Below, one piece after another: positions 16,181-23,945 of a DNA stretch of 58,771 nt. The first letter of the stretch is position 1; every line of letters begins with the position of its first letter. The translations under genes and the position numbers were made by a program. Source of the stretch: Candidatus Saccharimonadales bacterium (GTDB lineage Bacteria > Patescibacteriota > Saccharimonadia > Saccharimonadales > EFPC-124); NCBI GenBank assembly GCA_035457345.1, contig DATIBT010000032.1, positions 1 through 58,771 on the forward strand, given 5' to 3'. The notes below the pieces were generated by a model. It made no database searches. It saw nothing but the letters and a program-made list of their open reading frames with translations, and had not been told where the DNA came from.

Positions 16181-16621
16181 GTTCGCCTCCAGCGGTGCTG
16201 CGCTCTGATGGTTCCAAGCTGGTCGCCAGGCCAGCTTCCTTGCGTATGACGGCCGGTTAGTTCAAGGCGAAAACCGTACCGTATTTGTGTTATGGGCGTT
16301 ACCTCCTCCTTTCAGACGAGGCCCCGTAAGCTTGGGAGGGCCAGTATCCCAAGCTTACGGCGCGTCATCTGATTGTTAAAAAATCGAGCTCTTCCTCTGT
16401 GGGTTGAGCTCGGTTCTTACAATCTTTGTATGTGTTGTAAACTAGCGGTCAACCCCATGCATCGGGCGCACAATAATGAGACCAAGGAGCTTGGCTTGCA
16501 TGTTTGCACTGGTGCAGAGGTTAACTTTATTCACGATAATATTTACGCACAAGCATTGCGCCTAGTCAAGCACAATCTTACAATAGTGGCTAAGTTGCAC
16601 GCCCGGCTTGGGAGGTAGACG

Positions 16622-16801
16622 ATGCGCAAAGGCAAGGCACACCACATGACGCGCAATGCTGGCACCGTCTGCAAGGCGGTTATCGTAGGCGTCTGCGTGT
16701 TTATTGGAGTGGTTGGCTGGAAGGTTGCCAATCAGATGGGTCAAATAATCCTGCAAGAGCGTGATATGCAGTCCAGGGGGCGGCATCGGCTCAAGCGCTA
16801 G
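16622..16801 (+). CDS. candidate 59-aa single-TM micro-protein
   Basis: Hand translation gives MRKGKAHHMTRNAGTVCKAVIVGVCVFIGVVGWKVANQMGQIILQERDMQSRGRHRLKR. GGGAGG lies 5 nt upstream. It is just below the ORF-track cut-off and competes with the antisense ORF 16562..16867. Confidence 0.25.
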   Translation: MRKGKAHHMTRNAGTVCKAVIVGVCVFIGVVGWKVANQMGQIILQERDMQSRGRHRLKR

Positions 16802-16880
16802 TTTGCTCCAACCAGGGCGGGGCCGTTTTTGAAACAGGCCCCGCCCTGAGGCGTGCAACCCCCTCAAACCTCAAGAACTG

Positions 16881-16909
16881 TTGACACACGCACAATGTTT
16901 AGGTACACT
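16881..16909 (+). promoter_or_regulatory. promoter of the rplJL operon
   Basis: TTGACA-N17-TACACT, about 200 nt upstream of rplJ. Confidence 0.55.
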
Positions 16910-17109
16910 AAAATAGAACATTACCACAGACAGTAGCGGTCCATACGGACGATAAGAATGCTACCGAGGCAGTGACATAAAAATTCGTGTTCTCTCCCTG
17001 AACAAGAGTCTTTGGTAGTGCGAGAATCAAAGACTCTTTTTTTAATTGTCTTTATCTCAACCGAAACTTTACAATTTGGTCGAACAACTAAGTACAAAGG
17101 AGTTACCAC
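16910..17109 (+). promoter_or_regulatory. rplJ 5' leader with intrinsic attenuator (candidate L10(L12)4-responsive leader)
   Basis: About 200 nt of untranslated leader. It contains the 11-bp hairpin AAGAGTCTTTG/CAAAGACTCTT plus a T7 run at 17004..17043, 66 nt before the rplJ ATG. Confidence 0.6.
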
Positions 17110-17643
17110 ATGGCAATTTCACGCCAGACAAAGGAAACTCAGGTTGCTGAACTGGCCGAACTGCTTGGCGCTGCTAAGCTGACGGTTTGCGCTCAGTACC
17201 AGGGTCTCACCGTAAAAGAACTCCAAAGCTTACGTCGTGCTGCTCGCGAAGCAAACGTTACCATTAAAGTGGTTAAAAACCGCTTAGTGCGTGTTGCGCT
17301 TAGCCAGACAGAAGCATTAAAAGACGTCGACACAAGCGCTCTCACTGGCCAGCTGCTCTACGCAGCCAGCAGTGAAGACGAAGTTGCCCCAGCCCAAGTG
17401 CTGGCCAAATTCGCCAAAGAGCACGAGGCACTTAAACTGGTCAGCGCCATTGACGCTACCGGTACTGTGCTGGCCGAAGCCGACGTTAAGGCCCTCGCAA
17501 ACCTGCCTACCAAGGACCAACTCCGTGGTATCCTGGTTGGCACCATTGCCGCACCGCTTACCGGTTTCGTCAATGTTATGGCCGGCAATGTCCGTGGCGT
17601 TTTGAACGTTTTGAACGCCCGCGCCGAAGCTTTGGAAAATTAA
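17110..17643 (+). CDS. rplJ: 50S ribosomal protein L10
   Basis: 177 aa. 'KETQVAELAELL...TVCAQYQGLTVKELQSLRR' is the L10 pattern. AAGGAG RBS present. Followed by rplL. Confidence 0.95.
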   Translation: MAISRQTKETQVAELAELLGAAKLTVCAQYQGLTVKELQSLRRAAREANVTIKVVKNRLVRVALSQTEALKDVDTSALTGQLLYAASSEDEVAPAQVLAKFAKEHEALKLVSAIDATGTVLAEADVKALANLPTKDQLRGILVGTIAAPLTGFVNVMAGNVRGVLNVLNARAEALEN

Positions 17644-17675
17644 TTAGCATCTATCTCACTTAAAGGAGAATAATC

Positions 17676-18089
17676 ATGGCAGACGAAGAAAAGAAGACTG
17701 TCGAAGTACCAGCCGAGTTTAAGAAACTCGTCGACGAGCTCGACAAAATGAGCGCGCTGGAAATCAGCAAATTTGTAAAATTCCTTGAAGAATACTGGGG
17801 CGTTAGCGCCGCTGCACCTGCTGTAGCTGTTGCCGCTGCTCCTGCCGAAGGTGGCGCTGCCGCTGCTGCCGACGAAAAGACCGAGTTCACCGTTACCCTT
17901 AAGGACGCCGGTGGCCAGAAGGTCGCTGTCATTAAGGCTGTTAAAGACCTGACCGGTCTTGGCCTTGGTGAAGCTAAGGCTTTAGTCGACAACGTTCCAA
18001 GCCCAATCAAAGAGAAAGTCAGCAAAGACGAAGCCGACGCTGCAAAGAAAGCTTTGGAAGAAGCTGGCGCTACCGTCGAAGTCGCCTAA
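17676..18089 (+). CDS. rplL: 50S ribosomal protein L7/L12
   Basis: 137 aa with an Ala-rich hinge and the C-terminal domain '[24 protein letters not shown]'. Confidence 0.95.
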   Translation: MADEEKKTVEVPAEFKKLVDELDKMSALEISKFVKFLEEYWGVSAAAPAVAVAAAPAEGGAAAAADEKTEFTVTLKDAGGQKVAVIKAVKDLTGLGLGEAKALVDNVPSPIKEKVSKDEADAAKKALEEAGATVEVA

Positions 18090-18124
18090 GCACGTCAACG
18101 TTCGACCATATTGTACCAAAACAG

Positions 18125-18147
18125 CACCCCTCAACAGGGGTGTTTTT
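18125..18147 (+). terminator. rho-independent terminator after rplL
   Basis: CACCCCT-CAAC-AGGGGTG followed by TTTTT. Confidence 0.8.
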
Positions 18148-18159
18148 GGTGCGCAATGC

Positions 18160-18188
18160 TTGACTTTACCACAAGCCGGGAGTAGGCT
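18160..18188 (+). promoter_or_regulatory. promoter-like element downstream of the rplL terminator
   Basis: TTGACT-N17-TAGGCT. Confidence 0.4.
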
Positions 18189-18278
18189 GTAGACATGTCA
18201 AAACAATGGATGATTGTGGGTTTTATGCTTGTGCGCCAATAACGGCGTCGGTTTAGCGTGATTCCAACAACCACCAAG

Positions 18279-18307
18279 CCGAGCCGTGACCAGCCGCTCG
18301 GTTTTTT
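18279..18307 (+). terminator. terminator/attenuator-like hairpin 20 nt upstream of the M20 peptidase start
   Basis: CCGAGC-(11 nt)-GCTCGG followed by TTTTTT. Confidence 0.4.
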
Positions 18308-18326
18308 AGTGCAGAAGGCCAAACCT

Positions 18327-19511
18327 ATGAAAACATCTAGCACCACCATACAGCAACGCCTCGAGCAACGGCTCGCCAGATACGTTGCCATGCCCACCGT
18401 CTCTAGCGACGCCACAGCTTGCAAAGAGGCAATACAGACCATAACGGCGGAACTGAACACTCTCGGTTTTAAAACTACCGTTCACCAAAGCAACCACCCT
18501 TGGGTTATGGCTACGACGCGCGACACAAAACATGTGCGAGTATTGCTACATGCCCATTTTGACGTTGTCATGGCGAACAGCGACGAACAGTATAGCTTGC
18601 GCACAGAAGAAGATAAACTGTATGGGCGCGGCGTCCTTGATATGAAATTCGCCCTCGCCTGTTACATGGAAGCCCTGACAGACCTTTTGCAACAGGATGA
18701 ACTGAGCGCCTATGACCTTGGCGTCCTAGTGACAACAGATGAAGAGCTCGGTGGCGAGCATGGCGTCAAGGAATTCTTGGATCAGGGGTGGACATGTGAC
18801 ATTGCCATAATTCCCGATGGCGGACGCGATTTTAAAATAGAGAAACGGGCCAAAGGCTTCCATTTGCTTTATCTTGACTCACATGGCACTAGTACCCATG
18901 GCTCGCGCCCCTGGGAAGGTGTTAACCCGCTGCCTAAGCTACTGCCCGCTGTGCTTGAAATTATGGGGCATTATAAAAATGACCAGCCCGACCTGCCAAC
19001 TGTCAGTATTAATGGCATCGATACCCCCAGTTCGTTCACCCAGGTGGGCGACTTGGCACGTGCACGCATTGATGTCCGCGCTTTCGAAGACAATGAGCTG
19101 CTGGCTGTCGAGGACCATATTAAAGATATCGCCGACAAATTCGGCCTCACGATGACCCGTCACCTTGAAGGCTCGGCAGTACACCTTGATGAGTCTAACC
19201 CACTCGTCCAAACCTTTATACAATGCCAATCAAAGGTACTTGGCAAGCCGACCGAATTTGTTGAATCGCTCGCGGCTAGCGACGCCCGCTACTTTGCGGC
19301 CCATAATATTCCGACTATTCTGGAATACATCCACGGCGGCGGACACCATAGTAAAAATGAATGGATTTTGCGTAGTTCACTTGTACAATTTTACGAGGTG
19401 ATCTGGGTGTACATTCAAGAGGCGGCCCTTGACCGTGCCGGCCAGCCCATAGGCCGCCGTTTGTTTGGTGCTCCAAAAAAGGTGATGCGCAATTTGCTCA
19501 ACCGCTCATAA
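18327..19511 (+). CDS. M20-family metallopeptidase/deacylase (ArgE/DapE/CPG2-like)
   Basis: 'LLHAHFDVV', 'GRGVLDMK' and 'TTDEELGG' are metal-ligand motifs. The start is placed at ATG 18327 (MKTSS...), 22 aa before 'PTVSS'. The ORF-track start at 18258 would read through a terminator-like hairpin. Confidence 0.85.
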   Translation: MKTSSTTIQQRLEQRLARYVAMPTVSSDATACKEAIQTITAELNTLGFKTTVHQSNHPWVMATTRDTKHVRVLLHAHFDVVMANSDEQYSLRTEEDKLYGRGVLDMKFALACYMEALTDLLQQDELSAYDLGVLVTTDEELGGEHGVKEFLDQGWTCDIAIIPDGGRDFKIEKRAKGFHLLYLDSHGTSTHGSRPWEGVNPLPKLLPAVLEIMGHYKNDQPDLPTVSINGIDTPSSFTQVGDLARARIDVRAFEDNELLAVEDHIKDIADKFGLTMTRHLEGSAVHLDESNPLVQTFIQCQSKVLGKPTEFVESLAASDARYFAAHNIPTILEYIHGGGHHSKNEWILRSSLVQFYEVIWVYIQEAALDRAGQPIGRRLFGAPKKVMRNLLNRS

Positions 19512-19702
19512 CATATGAGCCTCACCGGTTGCGTCACCTCCCGCAACAGAGGCTGTAGTAGGACAGTGGCGTCGGAAAACGCTAAATGTAGCGGAGTTGT
19601 GGAAAACTCTGTTGACCCACCAAAACATCGATGCTATGCTGGCACCATAATGTGATCAGGATAAAAATATCCTGAAAACAAACAAATAAGGACTTTACAC
19701 CA

Positions 19703-20212
19703 GTGGCAGAATTACCCGAAAAGCAAATCAAACGGCTGCGATCCCTCCTGCAAGACGCCGAAACTAATTTGGCTGCCGCCAAAGAATTACTCATAAGCTT
19801 GGTTGGAGAAGAAGCCGGCGACCATGCTGCTCCTATTGAAGATGTGGCAGGCAAGGTGATCGAAGGCGTATTCGACGGCAACACCATGGTTGGCCCAGAC
19901 GGCAAAACCTATCCCGTACCCGCCAACTACGCCAGCAAATCTAAACTGGTGGAGGGCGATATCCTTAAGCTCACCATCGCTGATGACGGCGGCTTCATTT
20001 ACAAGCAAATCGGCCCAGTGGCACGCCGCCAGATCATTGGCACCCTTCAGCAGCACGATGGCACTTACTACGTAGAAGCCGGCGGCCGCGAATACCGCGT
20101 GCTCCTTGCCAGCGTGACCTACTTTAAGTGCAAGACTGGCGACCAAATTAGCATCATCGTCCCAGAAGACAACCGCGACGCAGAGTGGGCGGCGATTGAA
20201 GCTGCATTGTAG
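19703..20212 (+). CDS. conserved-looking hypothetical protein (N-terminal coiled coil, C-terminal beta-rich domain)
   Basis: 169-aa ORF with a GTG start 10 nt after AAGGA and a clean rho-independent terminator downstream. No motif assignable by eye. Confidence 0.55.
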   Translation: MAELPEKQIKRLRSLLQDAETNLAAAKELLISLVGEEAGDHAAPIEDVAGKVIEGVFDGNTMVGPDGKTYPVPANYASKSKLVEGDILKLTIADDGGFIYKQIGPVARRQIIGTLQQHDGTYYVEAGGREYRVLLASVTYFKCKTGDQISIIVPEDNRDAEWAAIEAAL

Positions 20213-20223
20213 CTACATTCCCT

Positions 20224-20258
20224 AAAAAGTCTTAGCCTGAATCGCCAAGACTTTTTTT
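20224..20258 (+). terminator. rho-independent terminator after 19703..20212
   Basis: 10-bp stem AAAAAGTCTT/AAGACTTTTT with a 13-nt loop; the T-run extends to 20258. Confidence 0.7.
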
Positions 20259-20366
20259 GTTATCTCAAAACTACGGTTCACGGCGGCCGCACTACTCCTT
20301 GCCCGCACCCAGCGTTATAAAATACTACAGTGTGCCCGCACAGTCTGCGCTATACTTAAACCAAGT

Positions 20367-21827
20367 ATGGGGCAGGCATTATATAGAAAGTACCGTTCAA
20401 GGTCGCTTGATGAGCTCGTTGGGCAGGAGCATATTACGCAGACACTGGCCAGGGCTCTGAAGGCAGGGCGGGTAAGTCATGCGTATTTGTTTACCGGTCC
20501 GCGCGGGGTTGGTAAAACAAGTGTGGCTCGTATTCTGGCACACGAAATTAACGGCCTGCCCTACAGCGATTCCCAGAATCTCGACATTATAGAAATTGAC
20601 GCGGCAAGTAACCGCCGCATAGATGATATTCGCGATTTGCGCGAAAAAGTGTTCATTGCCCCGGTTAGCAGTAAATATAAAGTATACATAATAGACGAAG
20701 TGCACATGCTCACAGGGGAGAGTTTTAATGCACTCCTTAAGACGCTTGAGGAACCGCCAAGCCACGTGGTATTTATCCTTGCCACAACAGAGGCCCATAA
20801 ACTGCCTGCGACCATTGTAAGCCGCACGCAGCGGTTTGCGTTTAGGCCTGTCGCGCGTGAGAAAGTCATGGTGCACCTACGCGAACTCGCCGACAAAGAA
20901 AAGATTGCCATAACAGATGAGGCGCTAGGGCTCATAGCCGACCATGGGGAGGGGAGTTTCCGCGACAGTATTAGCTTGCTCGACCAATTAGCCCATTCTT
21001 CCGCCGAGGAGATCAACACCGGAGATGTTGAGAGGACCCTAGGCCTGGCCCCGAAGAAACAAATAGACCTGCTTATCCACTACCTCAAAGACCAGGACCG
21101 TGAGGGAATCGCCAAGACCCTTAGAGAACTCACAGCCCAGGGAACAAGTACCAGTACCTTAGTAGGCCAACTAAGTATGGCTGTTGCAAACGCTGCGCAT
21201 AAAGAAAAGGGGGCAAAACTTTACGAGGTTCTCGATGGCTTGCTCGATGTGCCCCGCGCTTACAACCCAGAGCTGAAACTCCTAACTGTCCTCATGCGCG
21301 CAACCGCGCCGAGCGTCAAAGCTGAGCCAAAAAGCGCCCCTGCCACCGTTACGGCCCCAACCGTAACTATTGCCGAAGTTGCGCCAAAACGAACCGCACC
21401 CGTCACTATTAAATCTGAAGCTCCCACACAGAAAACAGCAGAGCCACCTACCGAAGCAGCCTTACAGAGCAGTACCCCACTAGAGAGTTTTAGCCTCGAA
21501 GACTGGCATACCGTACTCGCCCAACTCAAAGCGAACAACCCACCGCTTTATAGCGTTGCCAAACAAGCCCAACCCGAGTTTGATGCAGAAAAACAAGCGC
21601 TCACACTTCACTTTAAATACCAGCTGCATCGCAAGAAACTTGACGACCCTAAGCATAAAGCTGCGCTTGTGAGCCTCATGAATACCATTCTTGGTGGCGC
21701 GCCAAGTATAGCCACAAATGTCAACAAGGACGCCACACCTCCGCCACCACCTCCCGCCGATCCAACCCTTGCCAACGTTGCTGCTATTATGGGTGGAGGG
21801 GAAATTATACATGCCGAAAACGTCTGA
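20367..21827 (+). CDS. dnaX: DNA polymerase III subunit gamma/tau
   Basis: Walker A 'GPRGVGKTS', 'IIDEVHMLT' and sensor 'SRTQRF'. Ala/Pro/Thr-rich C-terminal region. Confidence 0.95.
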   Translation: MGQALYRKYRSRSLDELVGQEHITQTLARALKAGRVSHAYLFTGPRGVGKTSVARILAHEINGLPYSDSQNLDIIEIDAASNRRIDDIRDLREKVFIAPVSSKYKVYIIDEVHMLTGESFNALLKTLEEPPSHVVFILATTEAHKLPATIVSRTQRFAFRPVAREKVMVHLRELADKEKIAITDEALGLIADHGEGSFRDSISLLDQLAHSSAEEINTGDVERTLGLAPKKQIDLLIHYLKDQDREGIAKTLRELTAQGTSTSTLVGQLSMAVANAAHKEKGAKLYEVLDGLLDVPRAYNPELKLLTVLMRATAPSVKAEPKSAPATVTAPTVTIAEVAPKRTAPVTIKSEAPTQKTAEPPTEAALQSSTPLESFSLEDWHTVLAQLKANNPPLYSVAKQAQPEFDAEKQALTLHFKYQLHRKKLDDPKHKAALVSLMNTILGGAPSIATNVNKDATPPPPPPADPTLANVAAIMGGGEIIHAENV

Positions 21828-23184
21828 CAGAAAGCCGAACCAGCCCAGTAAACCGGCTGGCGCAAAGCTGCCACCGCAAAACCTCGACGCCGAGACCAGC
21901 CTGCTCGGCGCAGTGCTTATTGACGAGAATGTCCTGACACGCATTAGCGATAAAGTGGTCGCCGACGACTTTTACGATCGCCGCCACCAACTCATCTTTG
22001 CGGCCATGATTAGCTTGTACGAGCACCACAAGCCAGTCGACCTCCTTACCCTGGCCGATGAGCTCAAAAAACGCAGCGAACTTGACGACGCCGGGGGCTC
22101 TGACTATTTATCAGAGCTTACCAATCAGGTGCCAACCGCCGCTCACGCCGAAGGCTACGCCGACATCATTACGCAAAATGGCATGCGCCGCCGGCTCATT
22201 ACTGCCAGTGGGGCAATTGCCGAGCTCGGGTTTGATGAGTCACAAAGCGCCCAAGAGCTCCTCTCCAATGCCGAGGCCCAACTGTTTGCCGTCTCCGACC
22301 AAACACTGCGCCAAGACCTGACCAGTCTTGAGCAAATCCTAACCGAAAGCTTCGACCGCATGGAAGAACTCCATCGGGACAAGTCCAAAATGCGCGGTAT
22401 TCCAACCGGCTACCGCGATATGGATAACATGATGGCCGGCCTGCAGCGCAGCGACCTTATTATTCTTGCCGCCCGCCCTGCCATGGGTAAATCCACGTTT
22501 GCTCTTAACTTGGCGCACAATGTGGCGGTGGGAGCTAAACACTCTGTGCTTGTGTTCAGTCTTGAGATGAGCAAAGAGCAGTTAGTTGACCGCATGCTCG
22601 CCGACGAAGCAGGGGTGGACGCCTGGAATATTCGCACCGGCAACCTTAGCGACGAGGATTTCGAAAAACTCAGCCACGCCATGGGCGTCCTTGCCGAAGC
22701 GCCTATTTATATAGATGACACCCCTGGCTTAAGTGTGCTTGAGCTACGTACTAAAGCCCGCCGGGCGGCGCATGACCGGCCGCTTGGCCTTATCGTCGTC
22801 GACTACCTGCAGCTTATGAGCGGTAGCCGCACCGGTGGCGATAACCGCGTGCAAGAAATTTCAGAGATATCACGCGGCTTAAAACTTGTAGCCCGCGAGT
22901 TAAACGTGCCAGTGATCGCGCTCAGTCAGTTAAGCCGTTCCGTAGAAAGCCGCAACCCACCCCACCCGCAACTATCTGACCTGCGCGAATCAGGCTCTAT
23001 TGAGCAAGACGCCGATATCGTCATGTTCCTGTACCGCGAAGATTATTACAATCCGGAGACCGACCGCGCGCACGTTACCGACCTTATGATCAAGAAACAT
23101 CGTAACGGGCCCGTAGGTAACGTGGAGCTTTACTTCCATCCTGAACGACTAAAGTTTATGACACTAGACAAACATCACGAATAA
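21811..23184 (+). CDS. dnaB: replicative DNA helicase DnaB
   Basis: 'PPQNLDAETSLLGAVL', Walker A 'ARPAMGKST', 'VVDYLQLM' and 'SQLSRSVE'. The ATG at 21811 follows GGAGGGG and overlaps the dnaX 3' end by 17 nt. Confidence 0.95.
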   Translation: MPKTSDRKPNQPSKPAGAKLPPQNLDAETSLLGAVLIDENVLTRISDKVVADDFYDRRHQLIFAAMISLYEHHKPVDLLTLADELKKRSELDDAGGSDYLSELTNQVPTAAHAEGYADIITQNGMRRRLITASGAIAELGFDESQSAQELLSNAEAQLFAVSDQTLRQDLTSLEQILTESFDRMEELHRDKSKMRGIPTGYRDMDNMMAGLQRSDLIILAARPAMGKSTFALNLAHNVAVGAKHSVLVFSLEMSKEQLVDRMLADEAGVDAWNIRTGNLSDEDFEKLSHAMGVLAEAPIYIDDTPGLSVLELRTKARRAAHDRPLGLIVVDYLQLMSGSRTGGDNRVQEISEISRGLKLVARELNVPVIALSQLSRSVESRNPPHPQLSDLRESGSIEQDADIVMFLYREDYYNPETDRAHVTDLMIKKHRNGPVGNVELYFHPERLKFMTLDKHHE

Positions 23185-23193
23185 TTATATAAT
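23165..23193 (+). promoter_or_regulatory. sigma70-type promoter in front of GC-rich island D
   Basis: TAGACA-N17-TATAAT. The -35 lies inside the dnaB 3' end. Confidence 0.5.
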
Positions 23194-23242
23194 AGAGTCA
23201 ACGTACGGCGTAGACTCGCCGACGACGCACACCACCTGTTCA

Positions 23243-23845
23243 ATGGAGGCTGACGTGACACCGTTCACGGCTTTCGTCCCGACCACCCACAAACTCTACC
23301 CCTCGCGCATCGCCGGCAACCCGATGGAACGCGAGCAGGTCCGCGACGGTCTGACCGCGCTGCACGAGGCGGTCTGGCCGCTCAACCCCATCCAGCGGCC
23401 GCTGTCGTTCGAGGAAATGATGACTGTCTTCAGGGCGGTCGAAACCCTCACCGACGACTTCCCAACCACAGGCGGACGAACCCCGGTCGGCTACAACGAG
23501 CAACTCAGCAACCTGCACTACTGGCTCCGCCAGGAAGCACTGGCTGAGGCAACCCGGGTGTTCGGGACCCGCTACGCGGAGCTCGAACTGCCCAAGCTCA
23601 CTCCAGACCAGTGGCTCATGCTGTGCCGGGCCGCCTACGCCAACTACCAGATCATCTGGGCGAAGGATACGCACACGGGCAAGGATCTACTGGCGCTCCA
23701 GCAGGCCATTCACGGCACAATCGGTGCGCTCAAGGAGCTCATCACCATGCCCGAGGCCCCTCCCATGAGCGTCAGCTGCAAGTCCTGGGGCATGTACGGC
23801 CCATGGATGACGGTCATCGACACCCTCACGAACCAGCTCCTCTGA
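23243..23845 (+). CDS. hypothetical protein, foreign (high-GC3) composition
   Basis: 200-aa ORF. The true start could instead be the GTG at 23255, 5 nt after GGAGG. A TAGACA-N17-TATAAT promoter lies upstream and a GC-rich U-less hairpin downstream. Shadow ORFs on other frames. Confidence 0.55.
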   Translation: MEADVTPFTAFVPTTHKLYPSRIAGNPMEREQVRDGLTALHEAVWPLNPIQRPLSFEEMMTVFRAVETLTDDFPTTGGRTPVGYNEQLSNLHYWLRQEALAEATRVFGTRYAELELPKLTPDQWLMLCRAAYANYQIIWAKDTHTGKDLLALQQAIHGTIGALKELITMPEAPPMSVSCKSWGMYGPWMTVIDTLTNQLL

Positions 23846-23854
23846 ACACGTGGC

Positions 23855-23886
23855 GTTCCCCGCGGCCGGCACCCGGCCGCGGGAAC
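23855..23886 (+). terminator. GC-rich stem-loop without U-tract after island D gene
   Basis: GTTCCCCGCGGCCGG-CAC-CCGGCCGCGGGAAC starts 10 nt after the stop codon. Confidence 0.55.
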
Positions 23887-23903
23887 ACCCCAAGACCGTA
23901 AGG

Positions 23904-23925
23904 CACGCCGATATGGCGTGTTTTT
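23904..23925 (+). terminator. second, native-style rho-independent terminator
   Basis: CACGCC-GATAT-GGCGTG followed by TTTTT. Confidence 0.6.
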
Positions 23926-23945
23926 GATATACTACAAGTAACCAT

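Noticed and set aside
16562-16867. 101-aa minus-strand ORF in the spacer upstream of rplJ.
   Set aside because: No RBS. Its first 17 codons run through an 11-bp GC hairpin. It competes with an RBS-supported + strand micro-ORF. It could be a decayed gene fragment, but I cannot support a call.
19528-19600. Possible SRP (4.5S) RNA, suggested by a CCTCCCGCAAC string resembling part of E. coli 4.5S.
   Set aside because: The universally conserved domain IV elements (GGAA tetraloop flanked by AGG/AGCA-type loops) are absent, and no long closing helix can be drawn.
20367-21827. A programmed -1 frameshift site in dnaX (tau/gamma).
   Set aside because: No A AAA AAG-type heptamer with a downstream hairpin was found in the gene by eye.
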